Shown one piece after another: positions 29,025 through 38,823 of a stretch of 64,000 bases of DNA. Under the pieces are notes generated by a model that made no database searches, had not been told where the DNA came from, and saw only the letters and a list, made by a program, of their open reading frames with translations. The first letter of the stretch is position 1. Each line of letters opens with the position of its first letter. Source of the DNA: Actinomycetota bacterium (GTDB lineage: Bacteria > Actinomycetota > UBA4738 > HRBIN12); assembly GCA_040882605.1 (NCBI GenBank), contig JBBEAY010000017.1:27933-91932 (forward strand). The letters run 5' to 3'. The translations under genes and the position numbers were made by a program.

Positions 29025-30056
29025 TTGGCCGAGATTCCGAACGCTACGGTCTCGTGTCGCAACGTATGGAAGGTCTACGGACCCAAGGCCGATCGCATCG
29101 TGGGTACGCCCGATGCAGACTTGCCGCGTCAGGAGCTGCTCGCCAAGACAGGGTGCGTGGTCGCCGTGCGCGACGTGTCGTTCGACGTCTCCCAGGGCGA
29201 GGTCTTCGTGGTGATGGGCCTGTCGGGCTCCGGCAAGTCCACGCTCGTTCGCATGCTGAATCGGATCCATGACCCGACCGCCGGCGAGGTGCTCGTCGAC
29301 GGGCAGGACGTGATGCAGATGAACGACGAAGAGCTGCGCCGAGTGCGCCGGACAAAGATCAGCATGGTGTTCCAGCACTTCGGACTGCTGCCGCATCGGC
29401 GCATCGTGGACAACGTTGCATTCGGTCTCGAGATCCAAGGGATGGACAAGGACGATCGCCTGGCGAAGGCGATCGAAGTGCTCGACGTGGTGGGTCTCGC
29501 GGGTTGGGGAGATCGGTTCCCCGACGAGCTCTCGGGCGGCATGCAGCAGCGAGTCGGTCTCGCCCGAGCGCTGGCCACCGACCCCGAGGTCATGCTGTTC
29601 GACGAGCCTTTCAGCGCACTCGACCCCTTGATCCGGCGGGACATGCAGAACGAGGTCCGCCGCCTGCAGAACGAGATGAAGAAGACGATGATCTTCATCA
29701 CGCACGACTTGGCTGAGGCGCTGAAGCTGGGCGATCGCATCGCGATAATGAAAGACGGAGTGTTCGTCCAGGTGGGTACTCCCGAGGAGGTCGTGGCCCA
29801 TCCGGCGAACGACTACGTGGCGGATTTCACGAAGGATGTGCCGCGAGCGCATGTGCTGACTGCTCGGGCGATCATGCGCCCTGTCAACGGGCACGGATCG
29901 GCCGACGGTCCTGTGGTCGGGCCTGCGACGGTCGTGCAGGAACTGATCCCGATGGTGGCCGACGCCGATCGCACGATCCGAGTTGTGGACGGCGACGATC
30001 TTCTGGGGTTGGTGGATCGCAGCGCCGTGATGGCCGCGCTGGTCGAGGACCGCTGA
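29025..30056 (+). CDS. Glycine betaine/proline betaine ABC transporter ATP-binding protein (ProV/OpuAA) with C-terminal CBS pair
   Basis: TTG start after GGAGGGGG. Walker [10 protein letters not shown], signature [15 protein letters not shown], Walker [12 protein letters not shown], and the [20 protein letters not shown] region are characteristic of the OpuAA/ProV subfamily. A CBS-like tail follows. Confidence 0.85.
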   Translation: MAEIPNATVSCRNVWKVYGPKADRIVGTPDADLPRQELLAKTGCVVAVRDVSFDVSQGEVFVVMGLSGSGKSTLVRMLNRIHDPTAGEVLVDGQDVMQMNDEELRRVRRTKISMVFQHFGLLPHRRIVDNVAFGLEIQGMDKDDRLAKAIEVLDVVGLAGWGDRFPDELSGGMQQRVGLARALATDPEVMLFDEPFSALDPLIRRDMQNEVRRLQNEMKKTMIFITHDLAEALKLGDRIAIMKDGVFVQVGTPEEVVAHPANDYVADFTKDVPRAHVLTARAIMRPVNGHGSADGPVVGPATVVQELIPMVADADRTIRVVDGDDLLGLVDRSAVMAALVEDR

Positions 30057-30057
30057 G

Positions 30058-32121
30058 ATGGCCGTCGCACCGCCTCGTTGGCGGGTCGTGGCCGATGGCG
30101 CTGCGACGCTGCCATTGGCACCGACGCAGCCGCCCAACGCATGGCCCAGGCGCATCGGCTGGGTCGCGCTCGCTGTCGTCGTCGCGGCGATCGGCCTGCT
30201 GTGGCTCTCACCCGGCTTTCCTGAGGGGTGGGTGGTGGATGTCACCGCCTGGTTCGACGCCTTCCGTGACTGGGCGATCCAGAACCGAAAGACGAGCCCC
30301 TTGTTCACCTACTTCCTGAGCCCGATCGAGGAGACCGTCGACACGCTCGTCGACGCGACCGTCACTGCGCTCGAGAGACTCACTTGGCTCGGGCTGGTGG
30401 CCGGCGCCGCCGCGATCGCCGGTGTGCTTGCCGGCTGGAAGATGGCCGCGCTCACGGCCGCCGGCGTGCTCTCTTTCGGGTTGCTCGGCGCGTGGGATGC
30501 CAGCCTCGAGACCCTCGCGCTCGTGGTCGTCTCAGTCGCGATCGCGGTGGGCATCGGGGTGCCACTCGGCATCTGGGCGGGACGCAGGCCGAAGGTCGAG
30601 CGGGTGCTACGTCCCATCCTCGACGCGATGCAGACGATCCCTGCCTATGCCTATCTGCTGCCTGCGGTGCTGTTGTTCGGCATCGGGAACCCACCGGCGC
30701 TGATGGCCACTCTTGCATTCGCCCTGCCGCCGGCGATCCGCCTCACCGCACTGGGCATCCGGGGCGTGCCGGCAAGTTCGCTCGAGGTCGCCACTTCATT
30801 CGGGTCGACCGAACGTCAACGGCTCCGGCTCGTGCAGGTTCCGCTTGCAAAGCCCTCGATCATGCTGGGTGTGAACCAAACGATCATGATGGCGCTCGGC
30901 ATCGTCGTCATCGCCGCGTTCGTCGGCGCCGGGGGACTTGGGCAGACCGTGCTCGATGGTTTGCAGCAGTTGAACGTGGGCGCGGCCCTCAATGGAGGCA
31001 TCGCGATCGTGGTGATGGCGATCGTGCTCGACCGAGTATCGACAGCGTGGAGTCAGCGCGACCGGCGCACGACGAAGCCCGCACGCATCGCGGGCCGATC
31101 GCTCACTCGACGTCAACTCGCGATGGGGGCTCTGCTCATCACGATCGTTGCGGTCGTGATCGGTCGCGAGGTGCTGCGTCAGCAGTCGTTCCCCGAGGGG
31201 TGGGAATCCTCGGTGGCCACGCCAGCCAATGCGATCGTGGACTGGTCGCAAGAACATCTCGGGAGCACCACGAGTGCGATCAGCGACTTCGTGCTCGTCC
31301 GCCTTCTCGACCCTCTCGAATCACTGTTCGTAGGGGTGCCATGGTGGATGATGGCCGGAGCGTTCGCGTTGATCGGGTGGCGGGTCTCGGGAAGGAGGCT
31401 GGCGATCGGGTCCTTCGCCTGCATCGCCGCCCTCGGGGTGCTCGGCATGTGGGATCTGTCGATGGGAACGCTTGCGCAAGTGCTCGTGGCGGTGGTGATC
31501 ACGCTGTCGTTCGCGATCCCGCTCGGCATCATCGCCGCCCGCAGCAACACGTTCGAGCGCATCTCGAAACCTATCCTCGACGCGATGCAGACGATGCCAG
31601 CCTTCGTCTACTTGGTGCCTGTGCTGTTCCTCGTCGAGCCAGGGCGGGTACCGGCGATCATCGCGTCGTTCATCTATGCGCTCCCGGTGAGCATCCGCCT
31701 GACGAATCTCGGGATCCGACAGGTGCCGGAGGAGATCGTCGAGGCTGGTCGATCGTTCGGGTCGACCTCCGGCCAGCTATTGCGCAAGGTGCAGTTGCCG
31801 CTGGCTCGGCCCACGATCCTGCTCGGGGTGAATCAGACGATCATGATGACCCTGTCGGTCGTCATCATCGCCGGGCTGATCGGCGCGGCGGGGCTCGGGC
31901 AGGAGGTCGTGTTCGCCCTCGGCAAGCAGCAGATCGGTCGCGGGATCGTCGCTGGCGTATGCATCCTGCTCCTTGCGGTCGCTCTTGACCGTATAACTCA
32001 AGCGATGGGGTCGGCGCCGCGCTCGATGCGGGGTCCCGTAGGCATGGGGCTCGGCTGGTGGTACCGCGTGTGTGCGATCACGAAGACGGTCGAAGACAAC
32101 CAAGGGAAGGAGAAGGGATGA
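30058..32121 (+). CDS. Glycine betaine ABC transporter permease, fused tandem ProW/OpuAB domains
   Basis: 687 aa. It contains two homologous permease halves, each with a binding-protein-dependent EAA loop ([15 protein letters not shown] and [15 protein letters not shown]). Confidence 0.85.
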   Translation: MAVAPPRWRVVADGAATLPLAPTQPPNAWPRRIGWVALAVVVAAIGLLWLSPGFPEGWVVDVTAWFDAFRDWAIQNRKTSPLFTYFLSPIEETVDTLVDATVTALERLTWLGLVAGAAAIAGVLAGWKMAALTAAGVLSFGLLGAWDASLETLALVVVSVAIAVGIGVPLGIWAGRRPKVERVLRPILDAMQTIPAYAYLLPAVLLFGIGNPPALMATLAFALPPAIRLTALGIRGVPASSLEVATSFGSTERQRLRLVQVPLAKPSIMLGVNQTIMMALGIVVIAAFVGAGGLGQTVLDGLQQLNVGAALNGGIAIVVMAIVLDRVSTAWSQRDRRTTKPARIAGRSLTRRQLAMGALLITIVAVVIGREVLRQQSFPEGWESSVATPANAIVDWSQEHLGSTTSAISDFVLVRLLDPLESLFVGVPWWMMAGAFALIGWRVSGRRLAIGSFACIAALGVLGMWDLSMGTLAQVLVAVVITLSFAIPLGIIAARSNTFERISKPILDAMQTMPAFVYLVPVLFLVEPGRVPAIIASFIYALPVSIRLTNLGIRQVPEEIVEAGRSFGSTSGQLLRKVQLPLARPTILLGVNQTIMMTLSVVIIAGLIGAAGLGQEVVFALGKQQIGRGIVAGVCILLLAVALDRITQAMGSAPRSMRGPVGMGLGWWYRVCAITKTVEDNQGKEKG

Positions 32122-33134
32122 GGAAGCGCAAGTTCGCGTTCGCGGCGGCGATGCTCGCGGTCACTACGCTCGTGCTCGCTGCATGCAGCGACGTCGAGGA
32201 GGGTGGCGCGACCACCGACACAGGGGGTGGCGGCACCAACGCCGCCGCGCAGTGCGCCGGTGACCCGATCACGATCGCGGTCAACCCATGGGTCGGCGCC
32301 GAGGCAAACGCCGCCGTCGCGCAGGCCGTGATGCAGAACGAGATGGGTTGTACGGTCGAGCTCCAGGAGATCAACGAGTCGGGGCAATTCCCGGCGATGG
32401 CCTCCGGCGATGTCGACGCGACCCTCGAAGTGTGGCCTTCCGGCCACCTGAAGGACCGTAGGGACTACATCGAGAAAGCAGGCGACGTCGTCGACGGCGG
32501 CGAGCTGGGGATCACCGGCAACATCGGCTGGTTCATGCCGTCCTATCTAGTCGAGGAGAACCCGGACCTCGCGACATGGGAAGGCTTCAAGGAGAACGCC
32601 GACGCCTTCGCGACCGCGGAGACCGGTGACAAGGGCCGCTTCCTCGGGGCTGACACGACGTACTCGATCTTCGACGAGGCGATCATCGCGAGCCTCGGCC
32701 TCGATCTCGAGGTGGTCTACAGCGGCTCCGAGGCCGCGTCGCTCGCGGCGCTCGACAAGGCGTACAACTCGCAGGAGCCCATCCTGATGTATTGGTGGAC
32801 CCCGCAATGGGCCAACGCCAAGTACGACCTGGTAGAGGTCGAGCTGCCCGCGTACAACGAGGAGTGCGGGGCCATCGCCGCCGAGGACCCCGACGCCGCG
32901 GCCGGCTACAACTGCGACTACGCCGAGGACGTGCTCTACAAGGCGTTCAGCGCTGGGCTCGAGACCAAGGACCCCGCGGCGTTCGAGTTCTTCTCGGCCT
33001 TCACCTGGACCGAGGAAGACCAGAACGCGGTTGCCCTCTCCATCCAAGAGGGGACCGACCCCGCCGAGGCTGCCCAGGCGTGGATCGACGAGAACGCAGA
33101 TGTAGTGGAGGGGTGGCTGCCCGCGGCCTCCTGA
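32118..33134 (+). CDS. Glycine betaine ABC transporter substrate-binding lipoprotein (ProX/OpuAC)
   Basis: Start at Met21 after GGAAGGAGAAGGG, with an ATGA overlap onto the permease stop. Signal peptide plus lipobox LAAC. The mature sequence has the aromatic-box pattern of betaine binders. Confidence 0.8.
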   Translation: MRKRKFAFAAAMLAVTTLVLAACSDVEEGGATTDTGGGGTNAAAQCAGDPITIAVNPWVGAEANAAVAQAVMQNEMGCTVELQEINESGQFPAMASGDVDATLEVWPSGHLKDRRDYIEKAGDVVDGGELGITGNIGWFMPSYLVEENPDLATWEGFKENADAFATAETGDKGRFLGADTTYSIFDEAIIASLGLDLEVVYSGSEAASLAALDKAYNSQEPILMYWWTPQWANAKYDLVEVELPAYNEECGAIAAEDPDAAAGYNCDYAEDVLYKAFSAGLETKDPAAFEFFSAFTWTEEDQNAVALSIQEGTDPAEAAQAWIDENADVVEGWLPAAS

Positions 33135-33214
33135 CAACCGAGGCTTTCACGACGATCGATGGGGGGCGGCCCGGCGGGTCGCCCCCATCGTTCCCGAAGG
33201 ACGGCATCTCTCTC

Positions 33215-34666
33215 ATGACGGTCGAGATCGATGGAGGCTCGCTCACGTCGGACGACCTCGTGCGCGTGGCTCGCGCCGGCGCGACCGTCACGCTCGCTCC
33301 GGCGGCAGCGGCACGCATGTCCAAGGGGCGCGCCGTGGTCGAGGCGGCGCTCTCCCGGGGTGACGAGGTTTACGGCCTCACGACCGGGGTCGGCGAGCGC
33401 AAGTCCGTGCGCCTCGACCCTGCGGAGATCGACTCCTACAATCGTCTGCTGATCCTGAATCACCGGGTCGGGCAGCAGCCCTTCGCGGAAGCCGACGTCG
33501 TGCGCGCCACGATGCTCCGGCTCGCCAACGGGCTCGCCGCCGGCACCGTCGGCGTAAGGCCGGAGCTCGCGCACCTCGTGGTCGACGCACTGAACTCGCG
33601 TAGCACGCCGGCCGTGCGCGCTCGTGGGTCGATCGGGCAGGCCGACCTCGCACCGATGGCCGACCTCGCCTATGGGCTGCTCGAGGCTTCCGCCTTCCGC
33701 CTGGGCGCGGGGGAGGGGCTCGCGCTGATCGACAACAATGCGTTCTCGTCCGGCATGGGGACGCTCGCGGCCTGGGATTGCGGGCGACTGCTCGACACGC
33801 TCGACGTGGCAGGCGCACTGAGTTTCGAGGCCTTCTCTGCGAACCTGTCGATCCTCGACGTCTCGGTGGCCGAGAGCCGGCCATTCCCGGGGGTCAAGGC
33901 CACCATCGAGCGGCTTCGTTCATTGCTGGAAGGAAGCGATCTCTGGAGCCCGGGCCCGCCACGCAACCTGCAGGATCCGCTCAGCTTCCGCACGATGCCC
34001 CAGGTCCATGGCACCGCCCGCGACATCTTCGACTTCGTGATGACACAGCTCGAGCTGGAGCTCAACGCTTCCCAAGGCAATCCCGTCGTCGACCCGGACA
34101 GGGACACGATCCGGGGGGCCGGCAACTTCGACGCCTTCGCGCTGGCGGTGGCGCTCGACCAACTGCGCGTCGTGTTGGCCACGGTGCTCACGAGCGCCGC
34201 GGAGCGTTGCCTCAAGCTGGTGCACGCCCCGTTCTCGGGGCTTCCCCACGGCTTGGCGGCGCGTGACGGACTCGCCGAGGACGCGTTCAACATGTTCGGG
34301 GTCTCGGTGCAGGCTTTCGCCGCCGAGGCCCGTGCGCTGGCGGCTCCCGTGTCGTACGACGTGGTCAGCACGACGCAGGCCGCGGGCATCGAGGACCGAG
34401 CCACGATGGCGCCGCTCGCCGCGAGCCGGCTCGCCGAGATGGTCTCGATCGCCCACGGGATCGTTGCGGTTGAGCTCTGTGTCGCGGCGCAGGGGGTCGA
34501 TCTGAGACCGGGGCGTCGGCTGGGCGCCGGTGCCGATCGCGTGCGAGACCTAGTGCGAAACGTCGTGGCCGCGCTCGGCGAGGGCGAAGCTGCTCCACAG
34601 GATCTCGAGCCGCTCGTCGACCTTGTGCGGAACGGGGCGTTCAGCTCGATCGCCGAGGGCGCTTGA
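33215..34666 (+). CDS. Aromatic amino acid ammonia-lyase (HAL/PAL) family homolog in which the MIO-forming Ala-Ser-Gly triad reads Gly-Gln-Ala
   Basis: It has the family N-terminus (LDGGSLT..DLVRVARAG), the YG.TTGVG block, and the downstream conserved regions (LIDNNAFSSGMG, QDPLSFR). At the position of the cofactor-forming GxxGASGDL it reads GSIGQADLAPMADL. Confidence 0.75.
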   Translation: MTVEIDGGSLTSDDLVRVARAGATVTLAPAAAARMSKGRAVVEAALSRGDEVYGLTTGVGERKSVRLDPAEIDSYNRLLILNHRVGQQPFAEADVVRATMLRLANGLAAGTVGVRPELAHLVVDALNSRSTPAVRARGSIGQADLAPMADLAYGLLEASAFRLGAGEGLALIDNNAFSSGMGTLAAWDCGRLLDTLDVAGALSFEAFSANLSILDVSVAESRPFPGVKATIERLRSLLEGSDLWSPGPPRNLQDPLSFRTMPQVHGTARDIFDFVMTQLELELNASQGNPVVDPDRDTIRGAGNFDAFALAVALDQLRVVLATVLTSAAERCLKLVHAPFSGLPHGLAARDGLAEDAFNMFGVSVQAFAAEARALAAPVSYDVVSTTQAAGIEDRATMAPLAASRLAEMVSIAHGIVAVELCVAAQGVDLRPGRRLGAGADRVRDLVRNVVAALGEGEAAPQDLEPLVDLVRNGAFSSIAEGA

Positions 34667-34669
34667 GGC

Positions 34670-35128
34670 TCAGGCGCCGGTGAGCACGTCGTAGGGCTCG
34701 AACTCCAGCCGGTCGACGTCGGCCTGCTTGGTGAGTCGATGGAACTCGAGCGCGTACCGCTCGTACATCTGCTCGACGAGTGTGATGGCCTCGATGTGCC
34801 GAGGTCCCCGCGATGCCGTCCGCGCGTGTTCACGTGAATCCCAGATGCAGAAGGACAGGCACTCACGGGCGCTGGTGAGGGGGCCTCGGTAGTAGTGGAC
34901 GAGCCCGCGAGCCTGTGCGGCTTCCTCGGCCGCACGGAGGTCGTACTCCTCGAGAAGCCGCTCATCGGCGCCTTCACGCTGGGTCGATCGGAAGGCGACC
35001 AGGTACCACTCACCGGCCTCAACCCGTGGTGCGCAGCTCGTCCACGTGAATGCGTCGGGCAGCGGCAGGCTCGCGTAATCGCCCGTTGTCGGCGCCAGGT
35101 CCTCGAAGGTGCCGGTCGCGATCTCCAT
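34670..35128 (-). CDS. Hypothetical protein, unknown function
   Basis: 152-aa ORF, not low-complexity, and convergent with the HAL-like gene. It has its own AT-rich upstream region carrying a palindrome. No motif recognised. Confidence 0.5.
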   Translation of the reverse strand: MEIATGTFEDLAPTTGDYASLPLPDAFTWTSCAPRVEAGEWYLVAFRSTQREGADERLLEEYDLRAAEEAAQARGLVHYYRGPLTSARECLSFCIWDSREHARTASRGPRHIEAITLVEQMYERYALEFHRLTKQADVDRLEFEPYDVLTGA

Positions 35129-35182
35129 GTCTCGTCAGAGTATCGGCTCTTCGTTCGAGTTCCTATAGTTCAAGAGAATGGA

Positions 35183-35199
35183 TTATCATATAGTGATAA
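35183..35199. promoter_or_regulatory. Perfect 17-bp palindrome TTATCA-N5-TGATAA in an AT-rich leader; coordinates approximate
   Basis: ttatcatatagtgataa lies in the 158-bp low-GC gap (35129-35287) upstream of the hypothetical gene on the - strand and downstream of the IclR gene. Confidence 0.45.
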
Positions 35200-35287
35200 G
35201 GAGTTGGAGACGGCAGAAGATAGACCGAGAGGGTGACCGAGGCGTCCTCGAGGGGTGAGAGAGTGCCCTCCCCTTCAGTGGGAACGA

Positions 35288-36064
35288 TCAGGGGGTGACT
35301 GCGTCGAGCTCTGCCGTCAGCGATCGCGCGGCGCGATGCAGCGCACCCGTGGCTCGATCCCGCCACGCTGAGCCGCACCTGGCGTACGGGCCCCACAGGG
35401 CAAGGGCGCCGACGATGCCGTCGCCGCGGAACACGGGCACCGCGATCGAGACAGAACCGTCGATGAGCTCGCCCTCACTGAACGCGATGCCGCTTTCCCT
35501 GATCTCATCGAGCCCCTTGCGCAGCGGCGTTTCGGACGGGGTCGTGGGAGTGATCGCTTCCAGCCCCTGAGCGATGACCTCCTCGACGACCTCGGGTGGC
35601 GCGAACGACAGCAGCACTCTGGAGCCCGCTCCCGCGTGCAGGGGATAGGTCCCCCCCGGTTCCAGAGCGACCCGGATGCCGTCGCGGGATTCGTGTTGAT
35701 GGAGGCACATGGCCGTCAGGCCCACTCGCCGCATCACCACCGCTGTCTCGCCCTGGCTCTCGACGAGCATGCTGAGAACGGGTTCCGAGAGGCGGATCAA
35801 CAGATCGCTCGTCACGTGTGAGCCCGAGCCGATGACGAGCTTCGGGCCGAGCCGGTACCGACCGTCGTGCCGGTCGACGAAGCCGAACTCGGTCAGCGTT
35901 CGCAGGTAGCGGTACGCCGTCGACTGGGGCATGTCGAGCAACATCGCGAGATCGTCCGCCCTGATCGCCCCGCGGTCGGCGATGACGAGCAGCAGCCGGA
36001 GGCCACGAGCGAACGACGTATCCTCCGCCGCTTCCTCGGGCGGATGATCGCGAGCCGTGGACAT
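35288..36064 (-). CDS. IclR family transcriptional regulator
   Basis: N-terminal wHTH (LRLLLVIADRGAIRADDLAMLLDMPQSTAYRYLRTLTEFGFV) and a C-terminal IclR effector domain. Start placed at Met57 (MSTARDH). Confidence 0.82.
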   Translation of the reverse strand: MSTARDHPPEEAAEDTSFARGLRLLLVIADRGAIRADDLAMLLDMPQSTAYRYLRTLTEFGFVDRHDGRYRLGPKLVIGSGSHVTSDLLIRLSEPVLSMLVESQGETAVVMRRVGLTAMCLHQHESRDGIRVALEPGGTYPLHAGAGSRVLLSFAPPEVVEEVIAQGLEAITPTTPSETPLRKGLDEIRESGIAFSEGELIDGSVSIAVPVFRGDGIVGALALWGPYARCGSAWRDRATGALHRAARSLTAELDAVTP

Positions 36065-36212
36065 GCCCACATTCTCTCCGACCGCGCGAGTCCCGGCCAC
36101 CGGATCGGGCCGTGGCCGGAGCGATCCTCGTTTCCGTGGGTTGCCGATATCGCAACGCGCCCGTTGTTCCTGCAACAGAGCCTGCGTACCGTTCCTTCGT
36201 ACGGCCACCGCG

Positions 36213-36236
36213 ATGGCCATGACGATGGCCATGACG
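36213..36236. promoter_or_regulatory. Tandem 12-bp direct repeat, each unit carrying the palindrome ATGGCCAT (candidate IclR operator); coordinates approximate
   Basis: gatggccatgac gatggccatgac lies in the 194-bp gap between the divergent IclR and dimethylglycine oxidase genes. Confidence 0.4.
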
Positions 36237-36258
36237 AGGAAGCGACGGGGATCGAAGC

Positions 36259-38772
36259 ATGCGCGATCGGGCCCAGACGGTGATCATCGGCGCCGGCATC
36301 GTCGGCAGCTCCGCCGCCTTCCATCTGACCGAGCTCGGTGTGACCGATGTGCTCGTGCTCGACCAGGGTCCGTTGTTCGAGACGGGCGGCTCGACCAGCC
36401 ATGCGCCCGGCATCATCTTCCAGACGAATGGGTCGCGCACGATGTGCCGCATCGCGCAGGACTCGGTGGCGCTGTACGACTCCCTCGACCTCGACGGTGA
36501 GCGATGTTGGTACGGCGCAGGAAGCCTCGAGGTCACGACGACCACCGAGCGCATGCAGGAGCTGAAGCGCCGCCAGGGATTCGCACGTTCCTACGGCATC
36601 GAGGGCACGGAGCTGCTGACACCGGCCGAGGCGGCCGCGTGCTCGCCGTTGCTCGACCCTTCGACCATCCTCGGCGCGTATTGGGTGCCGAGCGACGGGG
36701 CTGCGAAAGGCGTGAAGGTCGTAGAGGCGCTCGCCCGCAAGGCCCAGGCAGTGGGCGTCGAGTTCGAGGGCGGGGTGGCGGTCACCGGCTTCGACATCCG
36801 CGACGGACGCGTGCACGGCGTGGAGACCGACCGGGGAAGGGTGGAGTGCGAGCGGGTGCTGCTGTGCGCCGGGATCTGGGGGCCGACGGTGGGCGCGCTT
36901 GCCGGCGTGCCGATCCCGCTCGTGGCGGTGCAGCACCAGCTCGTGTGGACAGACCCGATCCCCGAGCTGTCGGGACTCGACGGCGACGTCTGGCTGCGAC
37001 AGCCCGTCGTGCGCCACCAGGACATGTCGCTGTACTTCCGCCAGCGAGACGACCACTTCGGCGTCGGCAACTACCGGCACGAGCCGATCGTCACGCCCCA
37101 GTCGGCGATCCGCGCGACGGCCGAGAAGCCGGCCAAGAAGCCAGCCAAGAAGCCGGGAAGCGCCATGCAACCGTCGCTCATGCCTTTCACGCCCGACGAC
37201 TTCGACCTCTGCGAGGCAGAAACCGCGCGTATGTTCCCGGCGCTTGCGGGGCGCATGCGGCCGAGCGATCCCGCACGCACCCTGAACGGCATGTTCTCTT
37301 TCACGTCCGATGCCGGGTCGATCGTCGGTGAGAGCGCGGCTGTCCGCGGGTTCTGGGTCTGCGAGGCGGTGTGGGTAACCCACGCCGGCGGCATGGCACG
37401 CCAGGCCGTCGAATGGATGGTTGACGGCGCACCGAGCTACGACCTTGCCGAAGCCGACGCGAATCGCTTCTACCCGTTCCAGACGTCGGCGCCCTACGTC
37501 CTCGAACGCGGGAAGCAGCAGTACCGCGAGGTCTACGACATCATCCATCCACTGCAGCAGCCGGCGAAGCCACGGGGGCTGAAGCTCACGCCGTTCTTCG
37601 AGCGCCATCGCGAGCTGGGCGCCGAGTTCTTCCAGGGGGCGGGGTGGGAGCGGCCTCAGTGGTTCGCCGCCAACCGCGAGCTCGTGAGTGGCGTGACCCA
37701 CGAGTGGGCTCGTCGAACCGGGTGGGCCGCGCGCGGATGGTCACCAGAAGTCGGCGCCGAGCATCTGGCAACCCGCGATCGCGCGGCGCTGTTCGACATC
37801 ACCCCGTTCGCGAAGTTCGACGTGACGGGCCCCGACGCGCTCGCCTACCTCGAGCGGGTGTTCGCGAACCGCATCGATCGCCCCGTGGGCTCGATCGTGT
37901 ACACCGCCGCGCTGACCCAACGCGGCGGCATGAGGCTCGATCTCACCGTGACTCGGAAGGACGAGAACCGCTTCCGTGTGGTGACGGGTGGTGGCTCGGG
38001 GCACCACGACGAGGCGTTCCTGCGCCGGCAGATCCGCGACGGGGAACGGGTGCAGATCAACGTGCGCACGGGGTCGCTGTTCGCGCTCGGGCTCTGGGGC
38101 CCGAAGGCGCGAGATGTGCTGCAGGCCGTCACCGACATCGACGTCTCGAACGACGCGTTCCCGTACATGACCGCGCGGTACCTAAGCATCGGCGAGGTTA
38201 CCCCCGTGTGGGCACAGCGCATCAGCTACGCCGGCGAGCTCGGCTGGGAGCTGTACGGGCAGATCGCCATGGGCCAGCGCGCCTGGGACGTGCTGTGGGA
38301 AGCCGGCCGCGAGCACGGCCTGATCGCGGCGGGCGCCGGTGCGTTCGATTCGCTTCGGCTCGAGAAGGGCTACCGCCTCTGGGCCCAGGACATCGACACC
38401 GAGCATGACCCGCTCGCTGCGGGTTTGGGCTTCGCGGTGCGCTGGGACAAGGAGTTCACGGGCAAGCAGGCCCTGGAGGCGATCCGCGAACGAGGCGGCC
38501 CGTCGTCGTGCCTCTCGTGCATGACGCTCGACGACGACCAGGCGGTCGTCATGGGCAAGGAACCGGTGTGGCACGACGGCCGAGTGGTTTCGTACGTGAC
38601 GAGCGCGAACTACGGCTACTCGATCGGACGCGGCATCGTGTACGGCTACTTGCCGCCCGAGCTGGCGCACGAGGGCACGGCGGTCGAGGTCGAGTACTTC
38701 GGCGGTCGGTTCGCGGCCACGGTGACGAACGATCCGCTCTGGGACCCAAAGGGCGAGCGCCAGAAGACCTGA
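36259..38772 (+). CDS. Dimethylglycine oxidase-like bifunctional enzyme (N-terminal FAD oxidase plus C-terminal GcvT-like folate-binding domain)
   Basis: 837 aa. The N-terminus is VIIGAGIVGSSAAFHL...HAPG (FAD). The C-terminal half has an aminomethyltransferase-like fold (YTAALTQRGGMRLDLTV...GYRLWAQDID). It has the size and architecture of Arthrobacter DMGO and of the sarcosine/dimethylglycine dehydrogenase family. Confidence 0.82.
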   Translation: MRDRAQTVIIGAGIVGSSAAFHLTELGVTDVLVLDQGPLFETGGSTSHAPGIIFQTNGSRTMCRIAQDSVALYDSLDLDGERCWYGAGSLEVTTTTERMQELKRRQGFARSYGIEGTELLTPAEAAACSPLLDPSTILGAYWVPSDGAAKGVKVVEALARKAQAVGVEFEGGVAVTGFDIRDGRVHGVETDRGRVECERVLLCAGIWGPTVGALAGVPIPLVAVQHQLVWTDPIPELSGLDGDVWLRQPVVRHQDMSLYFRQRDDHFGVGNYRHEPIVTPQSAIRATAEKPAKKPAKKPGSAMQPSLMPFTPDDFDLCEAETARMFPALAGRMRPSDPARTLNGMFSFTSDAGSIVGESAAVRGFWVCEAVWVTHAGGMARQAVEWMVDGAPSYDLAEADANRFYPFQTSAPYVLERGKQQYREVYDIIHPLQQPAKPRGLKLTPFFERHRELGAEFFQGAGWERPQWFAANRELVSGVTHEWARRTGWAARGWSPEVGAEHLATRDRAALFDITPFAKFDVTGPDALAYLERVFANRIDRPVGSIVYTAALTQRGGMRLDLTVTRKDENRFRVVTGGGSGHHDEAFLRRQIRDGERVQINVRTGSLFALGLWGPKARDVLQAVTDIDVSNDAFPYMTARYLSIGEVTPVWAQRISYAGELGWELYGQIAMGQRAWDVLWEAGREHGLIAAGAGAFDSLRLEKGYRLWAQDIDTEHDPLAAGLGFAVRWDKEFTGKQALEAIRERGGPSSCLSCMTLDDDQAVVMGKEPVWHDGRVVSYVTSANYGYSIGRGIVYGYLPPELAHEGTAVEVEYFGGRFAATVTNDPLWDPKGERQKT

Positions 38773-38823
38773 AATGCCAGAAGATCTGGACAGATCTGAA
38801 CAGAAGGTGTGGGGGGAGGCGAC

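Noticed and set aside
27918-30308. 796-aa ORF on the - strand, and similar long antisense ORFs (2716-3774, 5858-6979, 9280-10122, 15642-16760, 35893-37701, 38182-40143, 46415-47494, 47572-49029)
   Set aside because: All are Arg/Pro/Ala/Gly-rich low-complexity translations lying antisense to genes with strong family motifs. They are the usual artefact of open frames in roughly 70% GC DNA.
36057-36500. 147-aa ORF containing AMAMTMAMT, as a small repeat protein
   Set aside because: The peptide repeat is just the translation of the tandem ATGGCCATGAC motif in the IclR-dmgo intergenic region. The ORF overlaps the IclR start and the dimethylglycine oxidase N-terminus and has no RBS.
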